DNA of 64,000 nucleotides from Chrysomallon squamiferum. Its lineage: Eukaryota; Animalia; Mollusca. Positions 45,373 through 58,117 of this stretch are shown here, piece by piece (the stretch's first letter is position 1; each line of letters begins with the position of its first letter). Location of the stretch: contig CM022677.1 of the NCBI GenBank assembly GCA_012295275.1, positions 10,478,001 to 10,542,000 on the forward strand, in the 5' to 3' direction. The position numbers were made by a program, and so were the translations under genes. The notes beneath the pieces are model-generated. The model did no database searches. It was not told the origin of the DNA and worked only from the letters and a program-made list of their open reading frames with translations.

Positions 45373-45591
45373 GTTATGAAAAAAATCTAAAAGAAGAAAC
45401 AAGAGTTAAGAAACTGAAAGCGAAAATGCAATGTGGAAGGAAAAAAAACGAATAAAGTAAAAATTTGAAATATCTGTTTACTTTATCCCTCCAGTGTGAA
45501 GCTCCTAACTGCTCATGCACTGATGATATTTGTATGTTTCTCAAATTACTATATATCTATATATATAAATACACACACACACTCATACATA

Positions 45592-46945
45592 CACCTCGAC
45601 TTAGGGGTGTCCAACTTTCGAGCTTTTCGAGTTACGAGCAGTCGCCTGATAGTGTTTTGTTTTGAGTTGCGAGCTAAAATCCGAGTTACGAGCGAGCTTC
45701 AGATACACCGCCGCTAGTTGGCGTAACGAACAATATAATATCCGGCCAGCATCCCACGTCTCACTCATTTACTTCACGTGATTAGCTCACAATCAAAGCA
45801 TCTTTATTGTGTTATGCTCGCGTTTTGTGTAGTATTTTGCCAAATTCCTTTTTTCTGGCCATGGATTCTAAGAACGTGAGTGCAAAGGACAGTGCTGACA
45901 AGGAAAAGCGGATGATGTCCATTGAATTAAAGCTTAAACTCACAGAAAAACATAAGCGTGGACAGCATGTAGTCGAATTGGCTAGGCAGTACGAGCTCAG
46001 TATTTCTACGATACTGAAGCTGAAGGAGTCGATAAAAGCTGTAACTCCAGCCAATGGCGTTAAAATAATTTGTCTGATCTCCAAGATAAATACACTTTAC
46101 AAAACCAATTTATTTCTTTACATTCTCTTTTATTATTATTTTTTTATATACACAATATTTGTCATTCATAATTACATTTTTAACATATTAACCGAAGCAG
46201 TTGTAAGAGTAGCAGTAGAAGACGTGGTAGTAGTAATAGTATTATAAGCAGCAGCCATAGTAGTAACAGCAGAGCCAGTGTCAGTATTAGTATTAATAGT
46301 TGTCTGTAGTAGTAATAGTGTAGAATAGCAATAACAGAAGTAGTTCTAAAGCATTAGTAATACATAATAGTAATGGTATGTAGTAGTAGTACTAATAGTA
46401 TCAGAAGCGGTATTATAATAACAATGTTTTTGAAAGATAATTTCTAGCAAGATAATTTGTTTTACATACAAACACAGAGACATGAATTATTTTTAAATAA
46501 ATAAATAAAATATTTAAAATGCAGGTGTTAGTCAGGTAATGTTTTTTGTTGAACATTGAGGGACACACCCAGTCAGTATTTAGACTGGAGAAGTAGTGAA
46601 GTGTGACCATTAAATTTTATAATTTTCTGTGATGCGGTGATTCATTTGATCTGTTATACAAAGGATTACTGTTGAGAAAACACAAACACACACACATACA
46701 TACACAAATATATACATAATAATATATATTCTCTTTTATTTTTTTATTTTTTTTATACAATAGATATATATATATATATATATTTTAATTCAAAAATACC
46801 TTACAAAAAAAAAGAATAGGAAACTGGAACGGATTAATGGTATTTCAATTAATTTCAGTTGGGAAAACAGATATTCTATACGAGTAGATTTGAGTAACGA
46901 GCTCGGTCACTGAACGAAATAAACTCGTAAGACAAGGTACCACTG
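45592..46945 (+). mobile_element. Internally deleted Tigger/pogo (Tc1-mariner superfamily) DNA transposon
   Basis: ORF from 45861, MDSKNVSAKDSADKEKRMMSIELKLKLTEKHKRGQHVVELARQYELSISTILKLKESIKAVTPANGVKII, resembles the CENP-B-type N-terminal HTH of Tigger transposases. Right TIR ...CTCGTAAGACAAGGTACCACTG|TA; eroded left TIR ACCTCGACTTA; absent from the paralogous site near 20690. Confidence 0.82.
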
Positions 46946-47514
46946 TATGTGTGTATGTATGTATGTATATATATATATATGAGTGGAAACAGATGCAGTG
47001 ATGGTAGTAATATGAGTATTAACTTTAGACACTATATTGTACTAACAGTAGCAGTAGTTGCAGTATTAACAGAAGCAGTTGTAAGAGTAGCAGTAGAAGA
47101 CGTGGTAGTAGTAATAGTATTATAAGCAGCACCCATAGTAGTAACAGCTGAGCCAGTGTCAGTATTAGGACTAGTAGAAGTAGTAGTAGTAGTAGTGGTA
47201 GTAGTAGTAGCAGTAGTATCAGACGCAGTATTAAAATAACACAATGCACTGCTGACCAGTACTGCTCCAGGTCTTCTAAAACACAATAACTGGAATAAAA
47301 AAGAGATTAATTTATTTAAATATAAATATGGGACAAGAAAGTGAAGATCTAAAAAAGATTAAAAAATTAGAATAAAAATAATTCCAATTAGACGTCATCG
47401 TACATCCAGGTCTTTGTTCAGTTTATTGATATAATAAACTGAAGTAATTTTAATTTTAATTTTAATCTAAGAAAGCACTTTTTAATTAATAATACCTTTT
47501 CGAGAGATAATTTG

Positions 47515-47552
<38 letters not shown>

Positions 47553-47745
47553 GTATTACATAAATAAATAAAATATTTAAAATGCAGGTGTTAGTCAGGT
47601 AATGTGTTTTTGTTGAACATTGAGGGACACACCCAGTCAGTATTTAGACTGGAGAGGTAGTGAAGTGTGACCATTAAATTTTATAATTTTCAGTCAAGTG
47701 GTGATTCATCTGATCTGTTATACAAAGGATTAGTGTTCTGTAAAA

Positions 47746-47776
<31 letters not shown>

Positions 47777-48176
47777 TTACACAAATATTTACAAACACAT
47801 TATATTACACAGACATATACAAATACACACACATATTACACACACACACACACACACATGATACCCCCACACTTACAAACCCATATACCTACAGATTTCT
47901 AACAGAAACACACACAAATATACCTATGCACACACATAGACAAATATACATATATATAATATATAATATGTATAATAACAGTAAAATTAAAAAATTAAAT
48001 AACGAACAGAAAATGTATAAATAAAAATAAAATGAATAAATAAATAAACAAACAAACAAAAATAAAGTAAATAAAATAAATGAAAATTAATAATTCTACT
48101 GAAGCAAAAACTAAAAACAATAATAAAGAAACAAAATAAAAAAAAAGATAAACATTACATCTTTTCATTATAATTA

Positions 48177-48219
<43 letters not shown>

Positions 48220-48480
48220 AACTGAAGTAAGTATTAAATGTTTTTGCAATAATTATGGCGTTACGTTTTCAAGAAAGATCAAGACTAATGTTTATTCAAA
48301 AAGCAAAAAATAAAAATAAAAATAAAAGTAAACATAAAACGTAAAAACATTTTTAAAAAATAACGTAGATACAGCCGACAAAATATATATTTCATTGTTT
48401 GTAATAATCATAGACTTACTAATACATTTTTTCTCTCTCTTTTTCTCACTGTGTCTTTCTTTTCCTGTCATACACACATG

Positions 48481-48580
<100 letters not shown>

Positions 48581-48734
48581 AAATACCCACAAACTAAAAA
48601 ATGTATTAAAAACAAAACTGAAATAACGCAAAGGCAACAATTTCAGTTCCTTTTCTACCCATCAATTCTTAGTCGACGTGCTGTCTACAGGCTTGTCTAA
48701 ACAGACCACAATGCAGTCTATTACGTGTGCATGT

Positions 48735-48949
48735 TTATCAAAAATATGATGCGTGACCAGCAGACGTATTGTTGCGTGCATGTCGTCACACAATAGATGT
48801 ACCCGGGACGCACTTCATTATGCATACATCCCGGATACAGGGTGTGGTGCTCATAAAAAACACACGCAGAGAAACAACTTACAGACGACATCAACAAAAA
48901 GCGACATCAATTTCATCTTCTTTCATTTTATTAGAAAGAAGTCGAAAAG
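48735..48949 (+). promoter_or_regulatory. Probable promoter and non-coding first exon of A3
   Basis: Conserved with 22520-22732; CATAAAAAA at 48852; AAG|gtaagt donor at 48950. Confidence 0.55.
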
Positions 48950-49264
48950 GTAAGTGATTAAATTATATGTATTTTTATTTTAATATGTATTTTTTTATAT
49001 ACTGACAGTCTGATTATTAGGTTGATTAATTAATTCTTAAAATTAGAACTCTATCAGTAATATAAATATTTTAATTAATTAAAACTGGAATTTCATAACT
49101 GTCTACTTTCTTCTAACTTACTAATTATTATCAATTAATTATTTATTTATTTCCTTATTTCTTGCTCCAACGACATTTTCTAGACTTTTTAAACAAAATT
49201 AAATTTTTATTTATTGATTTTATTTGTATATTTTCAGCAGATGCTGATGAAATCTCAAAAGAAA

Positions 49265-49319
49265 ATGTTTGTCACGTGTCTAATTTTTGTCGTTGTTGCG
49301 CATGTTCAATATATCCATG
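49265..49319 (+). CDS. A3 signal-peptide exon (coding part)
   Basis: NAGNAG acceptor cagcag upstream; ATG at 49265; donor gtaata. Confidence 0.8.
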
Positions 49320-49501
49320 GTAATAATATTTAAAATTTATCTTTTCTTCCTTACAAATGAAAATAATAATAAATGTTACTATAAAAATATTCTTGTTTTC
49401 TCTCTCACTCTTTGGTCTATCTGTTTCTACCAGTTTTTGTTTTTTATTTTCACATATATTTATTTATCTGATTAGCTTTCTATTTTTATGTCAGCCAGTC
49501 A

Positions 49502-49567
<66 letters not shown>

Positions 49568-49575
49568 ATATATAT

Positions 49576-49635
<60 letters not shown>

Positions 49636-50605
49636 ACGAAATAAATATAGAAAGGTAAATAGATATTTATTTCTTTATTTTAGTTATTTATTTTAATTTA
49701 TTTTATTTTATTTTATTTTCATTTATATATTTTATTTTTTCTATTTAATTTTTATTATATATGTGTATGTGTCTATATGTGTGTTTGTTTGTGTGTATGG
49801 ATGCATGCATGGTATTTCTCCTCGGTCGCTTTCTACACACACACACATACACACATACAGTTTTCATTACTGACCGATGTCAGTATTTATTTTCAAGTCT
49901 TTTACTTTTTGTTTCCACGTTTTGTTTCAGCCGATGTTCTGAAAATATGGGACTCGTGTAAATCTACGACTGACCAATGTCCAGTCAATTCAGACTGTCA
50001 GGTGGTCGGATGCTTGGACAAACTGTGTGTCTGTCAGAGTGGAACTCTGCCTAGTTCTGACCGCACTGCGTGTCTCACAGGTGAAGGCAATTCTAATAAT
50101 ATACACTTGTTTTATGATTGTGTTCTGATTACACATACTATATTAGTTAGTCTTAGTAACATAATATATTAGTATTATTATTTTGTTCTGATTACACATA
50201 CTATATTAGTGTTAGTAACATAATATATTAGTATTATTATTTTGTTCTGATTACACATAATATTTTAGATAATATTTTAGTCATTAAACGTTTGTGTTAT
50301 TATATGAAGAAATGTTACGTTTATTCATTTTAAAAAAAAAATAAAGGTTTAGGTCTGTAGTTAATATAGAAAGCGAATTTTGTATTTATTTGTTTATTTA
50401 TTTATTGTTCTTATTATACTAACGATATTTTCTATGCTCACTAGAAAGGCTTTATTATTATTATTATTTTTAATATTTTTAAATATTATTATTAACTGTT
50501 AACGTGAAGTTCTTATAGAAAAGGAGAAAGTAATTTTGATTCATCTCACTAAATCTCCCCAAAAACCCAATAAATAATAAAAAAATAAAATAAAATAAAT
50601 AAATA

Positions 50606-50652
<47 letters not shown>

Positions 50653-50709
50653 TAATAATAATAAAATAATAATAAATAAAAAAATAATAAATTAAGAATA
50701 AAAGTAAAC

Positions 50710-50752
<43 letters not shown>

Positions 50753-51265
50753 AAAGTAAAGTGTAAGCAAAAGGAAAGTTATGAATAAAACAACACAAAT
50801 ACAAAAAATTTCAAAGCTTTTATTTTCTAACTATCCAAAAACCACAAATTTACTTTAGAAGGCAATATTCTTTGAAAGGAAACACAACAGTTTCATAGGC
50901 GTTTTACGTTAAAGTTTGTTCTATTGCGCTCATGAAAAAATAAAAAATAAAACAAAAATATAATAATAATAATAATCATAATAAAATAAAAATCAATTAA
51001 AAATTGAAAAAAAATCAATTAAAAAATAAAAATATAAATTAAAAAACCCCGAAAACCCCCCAAAATAAAAATAACAACAACAATAATAATAATAATAAAT
51101 AAATAAATTTAACTGTGAAGTATGTTTGTATCTGAAGACGTTTTAGAAAGTAAAATGGCGGCATTCAAATGTTTTGAAGCAGTCTATCATTTTAATGTCA
51201 TACGTTGCAAACAGCGATGGTTTGTACCCATAAAATCATAAGATTATAAAATAAAAATATACATT

Positions 51266-51313
<48 letters not shown>

Positions 51314-51478
51314 TTATTTATTACAGTTGTAAACCTGGGAGAGTCGTGCACTCAGTCTGGACAGACTTGTACTAAAAGAGCGATATGTAAAAATGGCGTC
51401 TGTCAGTGTGAAACTGGTTTTGTCAAATCTGATGACGGAAAACGATGCAAAGAACAGTCAGTGTTTGCAGGTAAATTT

Positions 51479-51531
<53 letters not shown>

Positions 51532-52234
51532 TACATTTGAGGTGTTGACTAAATGTCATTATTATGAACAGCCGGAAAACCTTGAAATTATCAGAATATC
51601 TATCTCTGTCAATATTTTTCAGGTTTTCTTAATTTTTCTTTCTCTTTCTTTCTCTCTCTATCTCTAGCTATGTCAATCTCATGTATTTGAACGTATATTT
51701 ATCTATATATATTTTGTTTGTTTAGGTGAGAAGTATTCTCTGCTTGGAGAAGCATGTGATGATGTTTTTTTTTTCTGCGAAGATGCACGTAATCAGAGAT
51801 GCATGTCGGGAATATGCACGTGCAAAACTGGTTACAGGCCCGCCTCAGACACGGAATTCTTCAGTCTGCCTACGTTTACTGAATGTGTGCCTAATGACTT
51901 TTCTATAGGTAATTATTACACTTAACAACAACAACAACAACAACAACAACAATAACAACAACAATAATAATAATAATAACAAAAACAGCGACAGTATCAC
52001 AAAGCAAGAATAATGATGACGATGATGACAATTGTAATAATAAAACAGCAATAACCATAAAATCGACGACAGCAACAATAACAACAAATCATATTTATCA
52101 TAATAATCAACAACAACGTCATTATTATTATTTATTTAGTTTTAGTTGTTTTTTGTGTTTTTTTCCAGGACCTTCTATTCAGGCTACAGTTTGTTTAGAC
52201 AGTAAGTATTACATTATATATTTGAATTACATTT

Positions 52235-52291
<57 letters not shown>

Positions 52292-55200
52292 TTTAATCAG
52301 TTACATACCAAACCAGTTGGCAGGCTGTGTTTCAAATGTATAATCTGTTTTTACCGTTGGACCATCACTTAGAGACTCCATTGTGAATTATCTCAATATC
52401 AAACCAGCACAAATTCATTTTTATATTGTATTAATTAATTAATTAATTAATCATTTTATTTTTATTTATTTTTTTGTTATATTATATTAATATTTACATT
52501 TTTTTAATATTTATATATTTATTTATTAATTTATTTATTTATTTTTATTTTATTAATTTATTTATTTCAGGTATTGTAGATCTGGGTGAGAAATGCTATT
52601 CTAACAGCAACTGTTTTGAAAACGCGGAATGTGCTAGAGTGGGCTGTGTCAAGAAATGTCGATGTAAAACTGGTACCATCGCATCAGACAATTTCCAGAG
52701 TTGTCTTGCAAGTTAGTAACTTTATTACTTATATAGTACTAGCAGTAGTACTAGTAGTTTTTGTAGTGTAGTTGTAGTAGTAGCAGCAGCAATTACACTA
52801 AGATATAATTTTTCTTAGATCGAGATAATGGCTAAAAATATGACTGAAGTATTGTAAATAAAGCTATACACTTTGTAATTAAGATTTTGTAAACAACTCG
52901 CATTTATTTTATTTCTATTTATTTATTTACTTTTTGCGATTATATTTTCTTTCTTTTCAGTTCGAGAATTGGGAGAAAACTGTGATCTTACAACAGAATG
53001 TGGGACAAAATACTCTTACTGTAAACCGGAAGAAGGAGGAATCTGCACGTGCAACCCCAGCCATTTTACGTCAGCAGACGGCAGACTATGCAAGCGGCGT
53101 CCGTATCTCTGTCCACTCTGTGTGAAGGAGTGGGCGACTCTAGGGGAGGCTTGTGGTGGAGATGGAGTGGAATGCGATGATGATCTAGTTTGTAACAACA
53201 GTGTCTGCACTTGTAAAGATGGCTTCCGAGTTGCTACTTTGCTCGAACGTAAAGCGTTCTTTCTGCGAGGTTACTGTATACGAAACGAATTGAAATTAGG
53301 TACGTTTTATCACGTATTTATTTTTCCGTATTTTTTTTTTAAACCAAATTTTTATTGCTACTATTACTGTTATTATAATAATGATTCTTATTATTTATTT
53401 ATTTATTTATTTTAATATAGATAATTTAAAGGACAGAGTATTATTATATCTTCAGAATATTCAGAAGACGAATATACATCAAACTGCTTAACGACAGACA
53501 CAACTACTCTAGAAACTAGTACATCAGAAATAACATCAACAACTTTAGAAACGGATACATCAACAACCTTACAAACAGATACATCAACAGCTCTAGAAAC
53601 TAGTACATCAGAAATAACATCAACAACAGTAGAAACAGATACATCAACAACTCTAGAACCTAGTACGTCAGAAATAACATCAACAACTGCAGAAACAGAT
53701 ACATTAACAACTTTAGAAACGGATACATCAACAACTCTAGAAACTAGTACATCAGAAATAACATCAACAACTGTAGAATCAGGTACATCCACAACTTTAG
53801 AAACAGATACATCAACAACTCTAGAAACTAGTACGTTTGAAATAACATCAACAACTGTAGAAACAGATACATCAACAACTCTAGAAACTAGTACGTTAGA
53901 AATAACATCAACAACTGTAGAATCAGATACATCAACAACTTCAGAAACAGATACACCAACAACTGTAGAAACAGATACATCAACAACTCTAGAAACTAGT
54001 ACGTCAGAAATAACATCAACAACTGTAGAAACAGATACATCAACAACTGTAGAAACTAGTACGTCAGAAATAACATCAACAACTGTAGAAACAGATACAT
54101 CAACAACTCTAGAAACTAGTACGTCAGAAATAACATCAACAACTGTAGAAACTAGTACGTCAGAAATAACATCAACAACTGTAGAAACAGATACATCAAC
54201 ACCTCTAGAAACTAGTACGTTAGAAATAACATCAACAACTGTAGAAACTAGTACGTCAGAAATAACATCTGTAGAAACAGATACATCAACACCTCTAGAA
54301 ACTAGTACGTTAGAAATAACATCAACAACTGTAGAATCAGATACATCAACAACTTTAGAAACAGATACATCAACAACTTTAGAAACAGATACACCAACAA
54401 CTGTAGAAACAGATACATCAACAACTCTAGAAACTAGTACGTCAGAAATAACATCAACAACTGTAGAAACAGATACATCAACAACTGTAGAAACTAGTAC
54501 GTCAGAAATAACATCAACAACTGTAGAAACAGATACATCAACAACTCTAGAAACTAGTACGTCAGAAATAACATCAACAACTGTAGAAACTAGTACGTCA
54601 GAAATAACATCAACAACTGTAGAAACAGATACATCAACACCTCTAGAAACTAGTACGTTAGAAATAACATCAACAACTGTAGAAACTAGTACGTCAGAAA
54701 TAACATCTGTAGAAACAGATACATCAACACCTCTAGAAACTAGTACGTTAGAAATAACATCAACAACTGTAGAATCAGATACATCAACAACTTTAGAAAC
54801 AGATACATCAACAACTTTAGAATCTAGTACGTCAGAAATAACATCAACAACTCTAGAAACTAGTACGTCAGAAACAACATCAACAACTTTAGAAACGGAT
54901 ACATCAACAACCTTACAAACAGATACATCAACAGCTCTAGAAACTAGTACATCAGAAATAACATCAACAACAGTAGAAACAGATACATCAACAACTCTAG
55001 AACCTAGTACGTCAGAAATAACATCAACAACTGTAGAATCAGGTACATCCACAACTTTAGAAACAGATACATCAACAACTCTAGAAACTAGTACGTTTGA
55101 AATAACATCAACAACTGTAGAAACAGATACATCAACAACTCTAGAAACTAGTACGTTAGAAATAACATCAACAACTGTAGAATCAGATACATCAACAACT

Positions 55201-58059
55201 TCAGAAACAGATACACCAACAACTGTAGAAACAGATACATCAACAACTCTAGAAACTAGTACGTCAGAAATAACATCAACAACTGTAGAAACAGATACAT
55301 CAACAACTGTAGAAACTAGTACGTCAGAAATAACATCAACAACTGTAGAAACAGATACATCAACAACTCTAGAAACTAGTACGTCAGAAATAACATCAAC
55401 AACTGTAGAAACTAGTACGTCAGAAATAACATCAACAACTGTAGAAACAGATACATCAACACCTCTAGAAACTAGTACGTTAGAAATAACATCAACAACT
55501 GTAGAAACTAGTACGTCAGAAATAACATCTGTAGAAACAGATACATCAACACCTCTAGAAACTAGTACGTTAGAAATAACATCAACAACTGTAGAATCAG
55601 ATACATCAACAACTTTAGAAACAGATACATCAACACTTTAGAAACAGATACACCAACAACTGTAGAAACAGATACATCAACAACTCTAGAAACTAGTACG
55701 TCAGAAATAACATCAACAACTGTAGAAACAGATACATCAACAACTGTAGAAACTAGTACGTCAGAAATAACATCAACAACTGTAGAAACAGATACATCAA
55801 CAACTCTAGAAACTAGTACGTCAGAAATAACATCAACAACTGTAGAAACTAGTACGTCAGAAATAACATCAACAACTGTAGAAACAGATACATCAACACC
55901 TCTAGAAACTAGTACGTTAGAAATAACATCAACAACTGTAGAAACTAGTACGTCAGAAATAACATCTGTAGAAACAGATACATCAACACCTCTAGAAACT
56001 AGTACGTTAGAAATAACATCAACAACTGTAGAATCAGATACATCAACAACTTTAGAAACAGATACATCAACAACTTTAGAATCTAGTACGTCAGAAATAA
56101 CATCAACAACTCTAGAAACTAGTACGTCAGAAACAACATCAACAACTTTAGAAACGGATACATCAACAACTTTAGAAACAGGTACATCAACAACTCTAGA
56201 AACTAGTACATCAGAAATAACATCAACAACTGTAGAATCAGGTACATCCACAACTTTAGAAACAGATACATCAACAACTCTAGAAACTAGTACGTCAGAA
56301 ATAACATCAACAACTGTAGAAACTAGTACGTCAGAAATAACATCAACAACTGTAGAAACAGATACATCAACACCTCTAGAAACTAGTACGTTAGAAATAA
56401 CATCAACAACTGTAGAATCAGATACATCAACAACTTTAGAAACAGATACACCAACAACTGTAGAAACAGATACATCAACAACTCTAGAAACTAGTACGTC
56501 AGAAATAACATCAACAACTGTAGAAACAGATACATCAACAACTGTAGAAACTAGTACGTCAGAAATAACATCAACAACTGTAGAAACAGATACATCAACA
56601 ACTCTAGAAACTAGTACGTCAGAAATAACATCAACAACTGTAGAAACAGATACATCAACACCTCTAGAAACTAGTACGTTAGAAATAACATCAACAACTG
56701 TAGAAACTAGTACGTCAGAAATAACATCTGTAGAAACAGATACATCAACACCTCTAGAAACTAGTACGTTAGAAATAACATCAACAACTGTAGAAACAGA
56801 TACAGCAACAACTCTAGAAACTAGTACATCAGAAATAACATCAACATCAACAACTGTAGAAACAGATACATCAACAACTCTAGAAACTAGTACGTCAGAA
56901 ATAACATCAACAACTGTAGAAACAGATACAGCAACAACTCTAGAAACTAGTACATCAGAAATAACATCAACAACTGTAGAAACAGATACATCAACAACTC
57001 TAGAAACTAGTACGTCAGAAATAACATCAACAACTGTAGAAACATATACATCAACAACTGTAGAAACTAGTACGTCAGAAATAACATCAACAACTGTAGA
57101 AACAGATACATCAACAACTCTAGAAACTAGTACGTATAAATAACATCAACAACTGTAGAAACAGATACATCAACAACTCTAGAAACTAGTACGTCAGAAA
57201 TAACATCAACAACTGTAGAAACAGATACATCAACAACTCTAGAAACTAGTACGTCAGAAATAACATCAACAACTGTAGAATCAGATACATCAACAACTTT
57301 AGAAACAGATACATCAACAACTTTAGAATCTAGTACGTCAGAAATAACATCAACAACTGTAGAAACTAGTACGTCAGAAATAACATCAACAACTGTAGAA
57401 ACAGATACATCAACAACTCTAGAAACTAGTACGTCAGAAATAACATCAACTACTGTAGAAACAGATACATCAACAACTCTAGAAACTAGTACGTCAGAAA
57501 TAACTTCAACAACTTCAGAAACTGAAACAGAATCAACTTCAGAAAGCATTGCATCATCAACAAGCATTTCTGAAACAACAGCAACTTCAGTGACAGAAAC
57601 TACGATTACAGATCATTCAACAACAATGATCGTATCAACATCTACTACATCTGAAGAGGCAACTATTACAACAGAGCAGACAACCACAACAAAAGCAGGT
57701 AAGTTCATTATACTTTTATTTTCTTTATGTACTTAATAATTTTTTAATAAGTGTAGTTAAAGTATTCGTTACATAAATATGAATGATCTTTAAATATATA
57801 TAAAGATATATAACATATTTGTTTTGTTTGTTTATTTATTCTTTTGTCTTCAGCGCCCATAAACTTGGACCACGCCTGCACAGATGATAGTTCTTGTCCA
57901 AACAATTCTGTCTGTCGTATTTCAAACTGCAAAAGACGTTGTGTGTGTAAACCAGGATACACAGAAGCCAATCAAAACTCGGCTTGCATTAAAGGTTAGA
58001 TAGAATTTGAATCACTGGCCAATAAAAACTCAGCTTGCATTAAAGCAAGATAGTCTCAT

Positions 58060-58117
<58 letters not shown>

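Noticed and set aside
53500-57500. Regular 24/36/60-bp repeats resembling a CRISPR array
   Set aside because: No unique spacers, unit lengths are codon multiples, the context is intron-containing eukaryotic DNA, and there are no cas genes
53412-57567. Long minus-strand Val/Ser/Asp ORFs (546, 229 and 146 aa)
   Set aside because: They are antisense shadows of the + strand mucin repeat, which has splice sites and fits the exon phase chain
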